From: the human T2T-CHM13v2.0 reference genome, Homo sapiens
Length of the DNA: 64,000 nt
NCBI RefSeq assembly: GCF_009914755.1
Contig: NC_060941.1
Direction: 5' to 3' (one strand)
The stretch's first letter is position 1; every line of letters begins with the position of its first letter. A model generated the notes under the pieces. The model saw only the letters and a list, made by a program, of their open reading frames with translations, had not been told where the DNA came from and did no database searches. Shown one piece after another: positions 1 to 59,616 of this stretch. The position numbers were made by a program, and so were the translations under genes.

Positions 1-619
1 GTAGGAGCTCTGTAGCCATGTAGATCTCCCACTCACCTTGACCTCCACTACCTCTGGCAGAGCCCTAGGGATCCAGAGTCTGGCTGGCCGCCCAGCATCA
101 CTTTCAGCATCCTGTCCTGAGCAGTGGCTGGTTGTGGGACTTGCTTATCTGGCATGGTCCTCAGCTCTAGGCAGAATTGAACTGGTGGTACAGGAAGTCC
201 CAGCTATGCAAGCCCAGAAGAAATCCTCAGAATGACCTCAGAACAGTGAGCCTGAAAAAGAAGGGCAGACTCGCCACAGCGGCTTCCAGGCTCTGAGGCT
301 CCACATAAGGAAGGGACTGCCTTTTGCCGCTCTGAGCACCTTGGCCTCTGCAAGGGCCAGGGGACATCCTGTTCTGAGGAGCCCAGCCAGCCAGCAGGGG
401 ACTGGAGATTGTGGACTGTGGGGACCTACGGACTTGGGACAGAGCTTCCATCTGTATTCACATGTGCTGAGCATGGAGAAGGCAGCTCTCAGGGTCTGAG
501 AGGCTCTGGGTAGCAGAGCCTGGCCTGGCAGGGCAAGCTTCAGGCTGTGATCTCCTTAGAGGAGACGAGGTTACAGAGGAAGAGAAACTACCAGGTAGGA
601 GTATTGAGGCAGAGAATCA

Positions 620-976
<357 letters not shown>

Positions 977-1367
977 CTAAAATTTCAGATCTCAATTCAT
1001 CTGCCTTTGAGGGGTCTGAGTGACAGGGTCTGGGTGGGGGGAACTGGGCCTGGGGGGTCTGAGTGACGGGGTCTGGGTCGGAGAACCGGGCATGCTGGCA
1101 GCCTCTGCCGTTGCAAAGACGCTCCTCATCACAGTCATGCACCTGCTTCCCCGCCCGGCCTAGAGTCATGACCATAACCCCAGGCTGTGTGTAACCCTGA
1201 AGGCAATCAGGCAGGGGAAGTGAGATGGCAGGTGTGGCATGAGCCTTCCAGTACCCCTGGGAGCAGAGGCTGGGACGGGGCTGCACAAAGAATACAGGAA
1301 GCACACAAAGAGAGGCTTACTCAGTCCGGTGCTCTGGGCTAGTTGGCCTTGCAAGAGGGTTTTCTTT

Positions 1368-1812
1368 CTTTTTTTTTTTTTTTTTGAGATGGAGTCTCGC
1401 TCTGTTGCCCAGGCTGGAATGCAGTAGCGATCTCAGCTCACTGCAACCTCTGCCTTCCAGGTTCAAGCAGTTCTCTGCCTCAGCCTCCAAAGTAGCCGGG
1501 ACTACAGGTGCATGCCACCAAACCCAGCTAATTTTTTGTATTTTTAGTAGAGACAGGGTTTCACCATGTTGGCCAGGACGGTCTTGATCCTCTGACCTCG
1601 TGATCCACCTGCCTCGGCCTCCCAAAAGGCTGGGATTACAGGCATGAGCCACCACGCCTGCCCAGTTTTCTTTCTTTTTTTAAGAAAATATTCTGTAGAA
1701 ACAGAGTCTTTCTGTGTTGCCCAGGCTGATCTCCAGCTCCTGGGCTCAAGCAGTCCTCCCGCCTTGGCCTCCCAAAGCGCCAGGTTTCTAAGCGTGAGCC
1801 ACCACGCCCAGC
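1368..1812 (-). mobile_element. AluS (1368-1663) plus Alu left monomer (about 1690-1812)
   Basis: Antisense Alu consensus. Confidence 0.9.
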
Positions 1813-2478
1813 CCCACGATGGTTTTCTAAGACCCTAAGACCCAGATCTGCTTCTTCCCTCATCTGGGGGGCCTGTTTGTCAACTTGATTCTGAGTTAAC
1901 AGCTTAATGCCAAGAAGAAATCTCAGAGTGAAACAACTATTCACCCTTCCTCCTCCAGTACCCCGCAGATAGTCAGCCCCAGGAAGGGGACCAGTGCCAG
2001 GGTGAGCTGGGTTGGGAAGGGACCCCAAAGGGCTCCTTAGAAACTCATTAGCTGGGCCCATGTGTCTCTCTGAGAGTGCAGGAAAGGGGCTGGCCCAGTT
2101 CTTCAGGACCATTTTGACTTCATGAACAGAGGAGACCCCTGTGCTTTCATCTGAAGAGGTGGTTCACGGCTGCCTTTTACGCTCCCAGGTCGCGCTGGAA
2201 TTCCCCTGTAATGATTTTTGGGCTCCATGGTTCTCTAACAATCTCTGGTTAACTCAGCCGCAGACTCTCAGAGCCTGTCATCGCAGCGGGAGGAGGACGC
2301 TCCGGCGTTTCCTGCTCAGGCCTGTTTTCCTCCATCTCTGTCTCTGGCAGCAGGTGGGGAAGGAAGCTAACCAGGGCCTGTGTTTGCAGTCCCATCACAG
2401 AATAGGGCTCGTCAGAGAGTCAGAGCTCAGGAGTTCAGATGTCAGGGGTTTCGGCCCAGTTTTCTGTCACAGGCCTGA

Positions 2479-15421
<12,943 letters not shown>

Positions 15422-15668
15422 CACCCAGGGACCCAGTGTACCCAGCCTCTGGCCTCGTGCCCTGCTGGGGAAGGCCTCACCCAGCGAAGGCCGGAGAAGC
15501 GGTTGGGCCCTGGCACACAGGGCTGGCTCAGTGTGCGGACAGAGGAGACCACTCTGCTCCTGGGGCCAGAGGCCATTCAATAGCCTGCCTTCGTCCGGGC
15601 CCCTCCTGGGCCTCCCCGGCCAGGCACGTGGCACCGTCGCCTTGACACCGCCATCTCTTTTCTTTAAG

Positions 15669-15786
15669 GCTTCAGGCAGCGCGCACAGGCTCTGGCAGCC
15701 GTCTCAGGCAGGACTGGGCAGCAAGCTTGCAGCCGAAGGCCTTGCCCCAAACTACCAGCGTTTCTGCAAGCAGCTTGAAGGGCTGA
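15669..15786 (+). CDS. CTNS: Alternative C-terminal segment of cystinosin-LKG (400-aa isoform)
   Basis: Donor CCGGG|gtatga at 15403 and acceptor tctttaag|G at 15668 define a 266-nt intron; translation (G)LQAARTGSGSRLRQDWAASLQPKALPQTTSVSASSLKG*. Confidence 0.93.
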
Positions 15787-16566
15787 CCTTGCAGCCGGGT
15801 GAGCCAAGGGCACTTTGCTGCCACCGCTGCATTCCCAGAGATCAAGCAGCCCGGTGCCGTGGCCAGTGAACTCAGAGGTGCTGGTGGACGGGCTAGGACT
15901 TTGGGGTTAGGCCATGGGGCTCTTTCTCTGAAGGCCACTTTCCTGACGTACTCTCTGTACATAACTCAGCGTCCGTGACTGCAGTAACAGCCAGCCCTAC
16001 CCAGAGTATTTCTGAGCCATGAGGGGCCCACCAGATTGGTTCTGAATTGGATTCATGCCCAGCGCATTAGCATAGTAACTCCTTTCAGATTTTTTGGAGG
16101 GACGTTTGGAAGTGGCTTACTCTCTTCTGCCCTCTCTCCTACCTCCACCTTCTCAGAAGAGCCCCATCTGAGCACATCCAGCTGCTCCTTACCCAGCATC
16201 TGGAGTACAGGACATAGCTCTCTCCTGCTACCAGTCTGTGCCTTAGAGGTCTGTTAGGCCTGCCAAACGGCGACCAGCTCCCCTGGAGCGAGGGCAGGCC
16301 CCTTCCCTCTCTTTCCCCAGACACCTACTTGAGACTCACCAATTTCTGGCCTGTTCAGGAGCCTCAGATAAGTATTTGTACTTGAGACCACCTCACACAA
16401 TCTGTATGGGCCCAACCCTGATCTCAAACCTCCTTCCCTCTGCCCAAAGCTGTCCTTCCTATGGCAGGAGGGGTGGGGGTCCCAGGACGTGCCTCATACA
16501 TGACTTGAGCTTGTCAGTCCACTGAGTTTCCTTCTACGAGATCAACGCGAGGGGCCTGTATCTTGA

Positions 16567-16572
16567 ATTAAA
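16567..16572 (+). terminator. Candidate CTNS polyadenylation signal ATTAAA
   Basis: ATTAAA followed by U/GU-rich sequence about 1.15 kb after the stop codon; further ATTAAA at 17865 and 18129. Confidence 0.6.
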
Positions 16573-17080
16573 ACCTACTCGCTTCCTTTCTGCACTCTGT
16601 GTGCTCGATACAGAAGGCAGGTGTGCTGGCCTTCAGAGCCAGGTGCCCTGCTCCCCTCGTGTAAGGAAGCGCATAAGGTTGTGAAGGTCACTGACCCGAG
16701 AGCGCTGCGTGCTGACCCCACACTTCACTGGGGAGCCCTCTTGGGTAGCGCGAGACGCCTACCCGCCCAGGGCCAGGTCAGTCTCCCAGGCTCCGTGTCT
16801 TCACGGTTACCAGGGCACGCCACTCAATCTGGATGTGAGCCGGGGTGGATGAGGTTCTGAGGGGCACACCAGCACTGGGAGCGGGGGCAGTGGGGGTCTT
16901 ATTCTCCAGACGCTTCCTCTATCTAGTTGTAACAAACGTCAAAGAATGTCAGGTCTTGTTTCTGCAGAGCAGACTTTGGCCTGACGGGGTCCACAGACCT
17001 GTTTCACTTGCAACACCCAGTAAATGTGTTACTGGGTGCCCTACTTTAAAAATCAGAGATTTCAAATGATTGACTTTTCC

Positions 17081-17377
<297 letters not shown>

Positions 17378-17960
17378 TTATTGACTTTTCTTTAAAATCT
17401 GATTTGGCAGTGCTAGGTAGGTCCAGGAGTGCTAACACCTTCCCAGAGGTGGTACGCAGGTAGTCAGGTGCTCTCTGACTCACCCCCATCTGGCCAGATC
17501 ACGGCCCCCAGCAACACGTGGGGTTGTGTCCCTCGCTGGGATACACGGAGTGCCCTTATAGGCAGGGAGTCTTATAGGCAGGGGTCTCTCCCAGGCACCT
17601 CTGGGTGTCCCTACGGCCCCTCCCAGGTGGGAGCTGAGGCTAGGTTGCAAAAAGGAGGTTGGGAGCAAGTAGGGGCTTCACAGTAACACCCAAGAAAGCA
17701 CACGCACCCCAGGGTCCCACCCCAGCGCTCCCAGACACTCCCACAGATGTGGTTCTGGTCAGGCGCAGTGCAGCTGCTGCGGCTCCACCAGCCCCGGGCT
17801 TTCCAGGCAGGTGGGCCTGGGAGTAGTTGAGCTTTGTCCCAGAACAGTGGGGGATGGGGCCATCATTAAAACCACAGCTCTGGCCCCAATATCCCACCGC
17901 CACCCCCACCCCGATATCCCAGCCCATGCCTCAGCAAAGCCCCCTGTGAATTCCAGCATT

Positions 17961-17966
17961 TTTATT
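17961..17966 (-). terminator. TAX1BP3 polyadenylation signal AATAAA
   Basis: tttatt on + strand about 840 nt downstream of the TAX1BP3 stop. Confidence 0.75.
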
Positions 17967-18799
17967 GAGCGCACCACATCGGGGAGGGGTGGCAGTGGTT
18001 TCCACGGTAACCAAAGTAAGGCTTGTGCACTTGCTGAGCTTCCAGATGCGAATTAGTAAAAGCTAAATTCAAAAGTAGAATGGGCATCTCCAAAGAGTAC
18101 GATAAAAACATTTTGTATCAAACTTGTGATTAAAAAAATACAAAAGTTAAACCCACAGGCAAAGAGGAAAATGACAATCCTGAGAGCTGCCCTGATAGGT
18201 GAGCCTCGAACCTCGTCTAAATCCGTAAGAAGGCAAACCCTGGGGAGGCCAGCACCCCTCGGGAGAGTGGGAGTGAACGCGGAGCCCACCTGGCTTCATC
18301 TGGGCAAAGCTTCGTAGCGCCTCTGGCAGGATGTGTGTCCAGTCCCCCGAGGGGCAGAGGCACTGCGGTGTGGACACACGAGGGCTGGGGGGCAGGGGCG
18401 GAGCCGAACCCTGCAGCCAGGCAAAAGCGGGAAAGGCCTGGTTCCTCCAGCATTTCCCAGCTTTTGGGGGCTCCCAAGAGATAGTGGTTCCCACTTGCCC
18501 AGCCACTGCTGTGGCCAAGCAGCAGGGTCGGACCTGAGCCTGTGGTCACAGCAGACTGGCTACTACTCAGCTCCAGGCCCTTATTTCCAATCCTCGGTGT
18601 CCAGGAGAGAAAGCTGGTCCCAGAGGCCCCAGGCCAGGGATGGGAGAAGGGAAGGAAGGCCAGGCCAGGCCTCTGGGACCAGCTATAGCCCTTCTGAGCT
18701 GGGGCCCAGCGGTCAGCAGAAGCCAGATGGGGACAGAGTGTGGAAGTGGCGTTACTGTACAGAGAGGCGGCAGGCAGGAGTCGCAGATGGTGGTGGCTG

Positions 18800-23581
<4,782 letters not shown>

Positions 23582-24135
23582 CTCGACCCTGCTCTGGTCG
23601 CCCAGCGCCGCTCCGAGAAGCCGGCAGCAGAGTACCCGCGGTCGCGCCCTCGCTGCTTAACAAAGGCCGCCCCGCTCGGCCCGCCCCCTCATGAATAGTT
23701 AACAAACCTCCAGCCAATCACTGGCCGGAGCGCCACTCCGCTTTCGGAAGTCCCTGCGCGTGCGCAGAAAAGCGGGCAGAGGGCGGAGCGTGTCCGGGGC
23801 GCCCACGGCGCAGGCGCGGAGGGCGGGGCGGGATCTGGGCGCGTGCGCAGCCCGAGACCTCCCGGCAGTCTTCCGAGCAAGATGGCGCCGCGGGTATTTC
23901 TTCCACTGCCCGTCTGAGGGAACGCTAAGTAGTGTGTCCGGCGCCGTGTTCCAGGTAACTGGGCCACCGTGGCCGGGGAACGCAGACGCGCCACCACCTC
24001 CCGGCCGGCCCGGACCCTCAATCTCCTCGGCGTCTTTGGAAGATCCGAGGCCCAGGACTGGTGCCAGGTCTCGGAAGCTCCAGGGGGAGGGGGCGGCGTG
24101 AACCCAACTCACCGAGCTCCGGGCGCCACTTGTAA

Positions 24136-24534
<399 letters not shown>

Positions 24535-24893
24535 AATGGGGGCCCGGGGGACTTTTTTAAAAAACCAGATCGGGAGGACTGTGGCCAGCAATTAACACCA
24601 TGTAGACTTCCTTAGTTCTTAAGTGGTTGAATTCGCTGCTTGTTCTGTAACGTTATAAATAATTTATATCTGAAGACGGAGAGCCTGTAATATTCTTCAG
24701 ATTAAATGAAGCGTGAGACACTTTGTGGAGTTCTTTCCTGCTGTAACGCTTAGGCTGCCACTGATGCAAAATCGCCGAGATTTGACTCCTGGAGAGCAAG
24801 GAATGGGCCATAGCCTTGTGTTAAGTCCTTGTATTTACACATAGGCCATTCAGAAACGGGCCCTAAGGGCCTACATAAGGAAAGAACTTATTA

Positions 24894-26690
<1,797 letters not shown>

Positions 26691-27954
26691 ATTACAGTAA
26701 TGAAAATGATGGTGCTCATTGGATTTATGGTTAACTGGGGAAACCAGCATCACCTAACTTCAGAAATACTTAAATCATGGTGAGTACTATGAAGAGGACA
26801 TAGCAGACCTAGCCCAAGTTGGGGTATATGGAGGTCAAGGAAGTCTTCTCTGAGGAAATAACATTACATCTGAAACCCAAAAGTTGAATAACATAGGCAA
26901 GTGTGGGGAAGGAGTTACCTTCAGGAAAGCGCATGTTTCCAGGCCATTGGGCAGGAAGGAATGTGACTGTATTTAGAGAGTGAGAGAAGAGGCCACAGGG
27001 TAGACCCAGACCAGATCATGGAGGGCAGTAATGGGTGTGGGGACATGCGCCTGTAGTCCAGCTACTCAGGAGGCTGGAATGGGAAGATCAAGATCACTTG
27101 AGCCCAGGAGGTTGAGGCTGCAGTGAGCTCCCATTTGCCCTGGCCTTGATCCTCAGAGCAAATGGGGGAAGCCTTTGGAAGTTTTTAGTCTGAAGTGACG
27201 TAATCACATTTGGATTTTTTTTAAAAAAAGAATCTGTTTTAGATTGGAAGGGGATCTGAGAGCTTGAATCCAAGTCCCCTTTTGACAGATCATAGATAGC
27301 CCATGGCCAGTCATGGAAATGGATCTGGGACCCAGACCTGTTAAATTCCGTTTCGGCTTCAGGAACACATGCACACGACGCCAAGGAGAAGCTGAGGCCA
27401 TAGCGTTGCCCCCCATCTCAGTGAGCCCTTTCTCTGCCCCCACTGAAGATCCTCAGTGGTTTGCCCACCTCAGTCCTCTCAGAACCTCCTCTGAGTGGGA
27501 AGGAAAGGTTCATTCCTGGTGTAAGGGAGAAGCAGAGGGAGTCCTCAGCCTGGTGGGAGAGGAGAAAAAAGGAAGAGGGATAAGCGAGCTGATGTACTTA
27601 ACCATTTCCCTATTGTTGGGCAGTAAGTTTGAAATGTTCACTACTATAAAAAATACTGCAATGAATGTCTGCGTTTATATTGTTTTGAGAAAATTAATAA
27701 GTTCCTACAGCAGAGGATAAAAATTTGGTTCCAAGTTACTTCCAGAGTTGTGTTAGATTACACTACTTGAATGAAAAGTACCAGTTTTATCAGTTCCTTC
27801 CTAGTCTATAATTTTAATAGTTGCTCATTTAAAGCATTTCCATAATTTGAATTTCTTTGCAAGATGAGGAATATATTGCTTACTAATTGTTTCTTGTGTC
27901 TGCCTCTTTTGATCTTGCCTTCTTACATTTTCCTTTAAAATACGGGTAAAAATG

Positions 27955-28246
27955 GGCCAGGTGCGGTGGCTGTTGCCTGTAATCCCAGTACTTTGGGAGG
28001 CTGAGGTGGGCGGATCACAAGGTCAGGAGTTCAAGACCAGCCTGACCAACATGGTGAAACCCCGTCTCTACTAAAAATACAAAAAAAATTAGCCGTGCAT
28101 GGTGGTGCACGCCTGTAATCCCCGCTACTCAGGAGGCTGAGGCAGAAGAATCACTTGAGCCTGGGAGGCAGAAGCTGCAATGAGCCGAGGTCGTGCCACT
28201 GCACTCCAGCCTGGGCTACAGAGCGAGACTCCATCTCAAAAAAAAA
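27955..28246 (+). mobile_element. AluS
   Basis: Alu consensus. Confidence 0.92.
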
Positions 28247-28298
28247 GATGGGTAAACATGAAGAGAAAAAAATCAGGACACGTTTGAAATTGACACCA

Positions 28299-28304
28299 TT
28301 TATT
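28299..28304 (-). terminator. P2RX5 polyadenylation signal AATAAA
   Basis: tttatt on + strand about 620 nt downstream of the P2RX5 stop. Confidence 0.75.
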
Positions 28305-28923
28305 GTTTTATGACCAAATAAGAGTGTCAGAGAATACATATCTTGGGCAGGTCCCAGAAAGCGTCTGCCATCTCCCCCACTTTAATTCTGTGTACTGGCC
28401 TAAGGGCAAACAGCTGGCAGGAAGGTGGTGTCTTTAGGAGAGAGAGTACTTGGATCCACTGGAGAGTATGCTCTGAGGGAAGCTGCGGCACTTGCAGAGG
28501 GGAGTGGGCTGGAACCAAATGGAGCCCTTTTCCGGACACGCACAATGCTATTCCCAGTGAGGTAATCTAGGAACTCTACAGGGCACTGCGGTCCTTAGCT
28601 GAGGTGCTCAAGGACTCCGGAAGGAAGTCATGTTCCCCATTTACAACCCGTTCCCTAGTGCGGGAAGCCAGCCACGGAGAAAGGAAGAACTGACGGCAGG
28701 GGGTGGGGCAAAAAGACAGCCATGATGGGTCCGTCCTGATGACCCCAGCATCAGACGTGGAGGTCACTTTGCTCTGTGATGGCTGGTCCCTGTGATGTGG
28801 CATTGATAGCACCCAATGTACAAATTTCCCGTTGGGCAGCATCCTGGGATTCCCAAAGGCATGGGATCACTGGGTGCTAGACGGCTGGGTTTAGGACAGG
28901 GCCTGAACGTAAGCAGAGGCAAT

Positions 28924-51604
<22,681 letters not shown>

Positions 51605-53631
51605 TAATGCGCGTTTCTACTGCAGCAGCTGCTGCAGGTTTAAAAGCCCACACTCCGGCGGAGTCGGTGGTCAGGCAGGTCCCGAGTGCCGGCAGCATGA
51701 AGACCTCCCTCCCACACTCAGGGCGGATGGTGCGGGGGTGGGGGGCAGACGGGGTGGGGGCGGGGAGACACAGGCAACCCACCCTAGGATCCTAAAAATA
51801 TGCCTGGAGAGTGCGCATGTACCAACTGTTTGGAATGGTTCCCAACGCACAAGAAATAGAACTGATCCATGCAGCTATGACTGCAACCCTCTCAGTATGT
51901 GGAATTCAACAGGAGTGGGAGTGGGATGAGGGAGGGCCTCCCGGGGGGCAGGTTTAGAACTCCTGACAGCCAAAGACGCAGGGCCCTGGGTGAGCGCGGT
52001 GTGGTGAGGAGCTGCGCACGCTTATTTTCTGCATCCTGCAGTCTGACCACAAGCAGTCCTGCTCCTCTCCCTACCCCTGGCTTTCACACACAAAGAGGCT
52101 CCCTTCCCTAAGCCACAGACTCGGGGAACTGGAAGGTACCCTGAAATTCATCAGTGTGATTCTAAAGTAAAAGCCCCAAGGAAGGTGTCCAGTTTCAAAG
52201 TGCATGGGAATCATGTGGAAGAAAAAAAGGCAAATTCCTAGGCCCTGCCCCTCAAATTTTCATTCACGAAATCTAAGATGGGGCTGGGAACCTGTATTTT
52301 GCTCTCAAACTGTCATTTGGGAAAGCGTGGATCTTTGCATCTTTTCATCCATTTCAACTCAACTGCCATTTCTTCAAAAAGGCCTGTTATTATTGCCCAC
52401 CCAAAGTAGCCCCCAGTCCCAGCCCAGCCACTTTCTATCCCATTATCTCATCTTATTCCCTTAGAGCACCTGTCACTATCCAGTAGGATCTCGTTGACTT
52501 AGTGACTGTGTCCCATGCTAAGACCAGAAGCTCCCGGAGAGCAGGGACCATGCCTTTGGACATCTCTGTATGTCCCTGTGCCTGCCACATAATAGTTCTA
52601 GACATATTATTGAATGAGTGGACAAACCTGGCCCTGATTTTTTTTTTTTTAAACAGGGAGGGCATTTCGATTCCACCCTGCCCCAGTCATGACTGCGAAT
52701 TTTAGGGGCTGAAGTCATCTTGGCTCTCCTGCCAGCCTCCTCCTCAGCCCCCTGCTAACACAGCACTCCAATGCTCACTAAAGCAGCCGCCACCGAGTGA
52801 CATCACCCCTAAGAAGATGCCCGTCACCCTGACAGTGCTGCTCCAGGGTAAGGTATAGAGGGGAGGTGGACTTTCAGAGTCTCACAGGAGTCGCCTGAAT
52901 TGCATCTGCCCTGGAGAAGAGCTTGCCCATCAACCCCAGCACAGGACAACATGAGTGTCACAGAGATGGTGCCACATTGAGTCTCTCCACTCCCCAAGGG
53001 AGTTCCAGGTTTTGTTCCAGGGCCTGTTTGTTCTTTGAAGGGGTCTTTAGAGACCAGGACCTTCATTTTTCTGGGGTGATTAGGGAAGGGGTGAGTAAGT
53101 GAGGCCCCAGAGCAGAGCCTACCACTAGCCCCAGTCCCAGGCACTCTGCTGTTCTTGATTCATCAAACCTTTGTGTGCTACTGGAGAGGCTGAACTGCCA
53201 GGCACTTGCCCTCCATGTCCTGTCTTAACTGCCACTGTGGCTTTAGAGAAGGGCTCTGCTCTGACTTCCCCTCCAGTACAGGCAGCCCCTCCTGAACTCC
53301 CCACGGCACAGCCAAGACCAGGCTGCAACTTCTGACGGAACTGTCCTGAAGCTTTAGAGACCACATGAGGGGCATCTAGAGGGGACAGGGCTCTCGGGGA
53401 CAGGACCAGGCCCATCCTTACGGGGTCCCTTACTGCACAGCTTCAGAGACTAGATCCAGACCCACTGGTGAGGCATGACATCAAATTACTGGGCGACAAC
53501 CAGCATTAAAAAAAATAGGTTGGGCACAGGCGCTCATGCCTGTAATCCCAGCACTTTGGGAGGCTGAAGCAGCAGAACCGCTTGAGCCCAGGAGTTCAAG
53601 ACCAGCCTGGGCAACATAGCAAAACTTTGTC

Positions 53632-53645
53632 TATATATATAGACA

Positions 53646-53690
<45 letters not shown>
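53632..53690. repeat. Compound (TA)n(CA)n(TA)n microsatellite
   Basis: Read directly from the sequence. Confidence 0.9.
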
Positions 53691-53691
<1 letters not shown>

Positions 53692-54138
53692 ACTAGCCAA
53701 GTCAGGCACAGTGGCTCATGCCTTTAATCCTAGCACCTTGGGAGGCCAAGGCAGGAGGATTGCTTGAGCCCAGGAGTTCAAGACCAGCCTGGGCAACATA
53801 GGGAGACCCCTTCTATACAAAAAATAAAAAATTAGCTGGATGTGGTCGTGCACACTTGTGGTCCCAGCTGCTTGGGAGGCTGAGGCAGGAGGATCACCTG
53901 AGCCCAGGTGGGTTGAGGCTGCAGTGAGCCATTATTGCACCACTGCACTCCAGCCTGTATGATAGAGACCCTGCTTCTTAAAAAAAATTGACCAGGTGGG
54001 ATGGTGCACACCTGTAGTCCTAGCTGCTCAGGAGGCTGAGGTAGGAGGATCTCTTGAGCCTGGGAGTTCAACACTGTAGTGAGCAATTATCGCAAATAAA
54101 TAGAAAATATTGCCGGATGCAGTGGCTCACACCTGTCA

Positions 54139-54387
<249 letters not shown>

Positions 54388-54389
54388 CT

Positions 54390-54440
54390 AAGAAAGAAAG
54401 AAAGAGAGAAAGAGAGAGAGAGAGAGAAAGAAAAAGAAAA

Positions 54441-54475
<35 letters not shown>

Positions 54476-54525
54476 GAAGGAAGGAAGGAAGGAAGGAAGG
54501 AAGGAAGGAAGGAAGGAAGGAAGGA

Positions 54526-54565
<40 letters not shown>

Positions 54566-54568
54566 AAA
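54390..54568. repeat. Polypurine (GAAA)n/(GA)n/(GGAA)13 microsatellite grown from an Alu tail
   Basis: About 180 nt of A/G only; GGAA x13 at 54475-54526. Confidence 0.95.
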
Positions 54569-54861
54569 TTAGTGTATTTAAGGAAGTATTGGTGTTATGT
54601 GAAACTTTTGTTTTAAGTGTCCACATATGGCATTGTGATGTGGAATATACTTCTTCCTGTGGGTCACAGTCCAAATAATGTGGAAAACACTTACAAGCTG
54701 TGGCCCCCAGTATCTGCATTCTATCTCCCCATGGCTGAGGCCAACTCACCACCCTCACAAGCACATGCCAAACACCCATTGTGCCCAGTGGGGAGATGAG
54801 GACTTTGCTTTTTACACCTGCCTTATTAAAAGTCCAAGTCAGGGCCGGGCAGTGTGGCTCA

Positions 54862-55500
<639 letters not shown>

Positions 55501-55728
55501 AAACTCCCCTCACCCCAGCCAGGGGCCCAGGGCGAATGGCTGGTGTTCAGAGCAGTCACAACCCCCTCACTGCCTCACCACGGCCCCCCTCCTTCTCCTC
55601 CCTCACAGGAGTCCACATCACGCTTCCCTGTAATGAGTATAATCCCTTCCTGTTCACCTGAAATAAAGGACGGGATGAGCAGTGACTGTTGTTCCGTTGT
55701 TGTCTGATTTACAAGCCTTTGTCTAGTT

Positions 55729-55937
55729 CAAGCTTGTCCAACCCTAGGCACAAGGACGGCTTTGAATGTGGCTCAACACAAATTCACAAACTTTGTTAAA
55801 ACGTTGTGAGGTTTTTTTTGCAATTTTTTGTTTTTTTTAGCTCATCAGCTATTGTTAGTGTGAGTGTATTTACGTGTGGCCCAAGACAATTCTTTTTCCA
55901 ATGTGACCCAGGGAAGTCAAAAGATTGGACACCTCTG
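55729..55937 (-). mobile_element. MER30-type hAT/Charlie DNA transposon
   Basis: Terminal inverted repeats caagcttgtccaa / ttggacacctctg; perfect 8-bp TSD GTCTAGTT at 55721-55728 and 55938-55945. Confidence 0.85.
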
Positions 55938-55999
55938 GTCTAGTTGGATGATTTAAGGTACCTGCAGTGAAGTGATGAGAACTATAAAATGAACTTCTA

Positions 56000-56632
<633 letters not shown>

Positions 56633-57381
56633 TGAGAGATCAAGCCAGCTGGACTTCCTGGGTCGAGTGAAGACTTGGAGAGCTTTTCTGTCTAGGTAAA
56701 GGATTGTAAATGCACCAATCAGCACTCTGTAAAAACGCACCAATCAGTACTCTGTGTCTAGCTAAAGGATTGTAAATGCACCAATCAGCACTGTGTAAAA
56801 ATGCACCAATCAGTGCTTTGTGTCTAGCTAAAGGATTGTAGACACACCAATCAGCCCTCTGTAAAAGCGCACCAATCAGCATTCTATGTCTAGCTAAAGA
56901 TTGTAAACGCACCAACCAGCACTCTGTAAAATGGACCAATCAGCGCTCTGTAAAATGGACCAATCAGCGCTCTATAAAATGGACCAGTCAGCAGGATGTG
57001 GGTGGGGCCAAATAATGGAATAAAAGCTGGCCACCCAAGCCAGCAGTGGCAACCTGCTGGAGTCCTCTTCCACGTTGTGGAAGTTTTGTTCTTTCCCTCT
57101 TCACAATAAATCTTGCTGCTGCTCACTCTTTGGATCCACACTACCTTGATAAGCTGTAACACTCACTGCGAAGGTCTGAAGCTTCACTCCTGAAGTCAGC
57201 GAGACCATGAACCCACTGGAAGGAAGAAACTCTGGACACATCTGAACATCAGAACATCAGAAGGAACAAACTCCAGACACACCATCTTTAAGAACTGTAA
57301 CACTCACCACGAGGGTCCATGGCTTCATGCTTGAAGTCAGCGAGACCAAGAACCCACCGGAAGGAACCAGTTCCAGACACA
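56633..57381 (+). mobile_element. Solo LTR12-family (ERV9) LTR inserted in an antisense Alu
   Basis: TG...CA termini, tandem CCAATCAG repeats, 4-bp TSD CTGG/TTGG, Alu sequence resumes after the LTR. Confidence 0.92.
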
Positions 57382-57806
57382 TTGGGACTATATGCGTGAG
57401 CCACTGTACCCAGCCTGCCATTTTCTTTTTACATCATCTCCCTTGCTCCTAAGACTTGCCAGCATTTTAAAGTCTATTATTGTGGTCTGGACCCACTCTG
57501 GGACATCCTGGTCTGCTCTGAGACCTGGGACAGTCTCTGATAAAATCCTGGTGGACTCCCAAATGTATCCAGTAAAAGCTACGAGGGAGCCTCAGACAGA
57601 GCCCTCCCCTCCTCCAAAGAAATGTGCTGGGGGCCTCACCTGGGGGAAACCAGACTCTCCTGCCTCTGATCCCAAGCTTTCCCCACACCAGTATCTGTTC
57701 CTTCTACACATTTTATAGATGAAAAGCGAGAATGTATGGTGCAATGGGCTGAGCCTTTAGAGACAGGGGAATTACTCCTCAAATAGAAAAACTCAACAAC
57801 AAACGA

Positions 57807-59616
<1,810 letters not shown>

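Noticed and set aside
1010-1080. Short direct repeat ggggtctgagtgac(a/g)gggtctgggt x2 (also a 21-bp repeat at 21031-21080)
   Set aside because: Small local duplications with no evidence of function.
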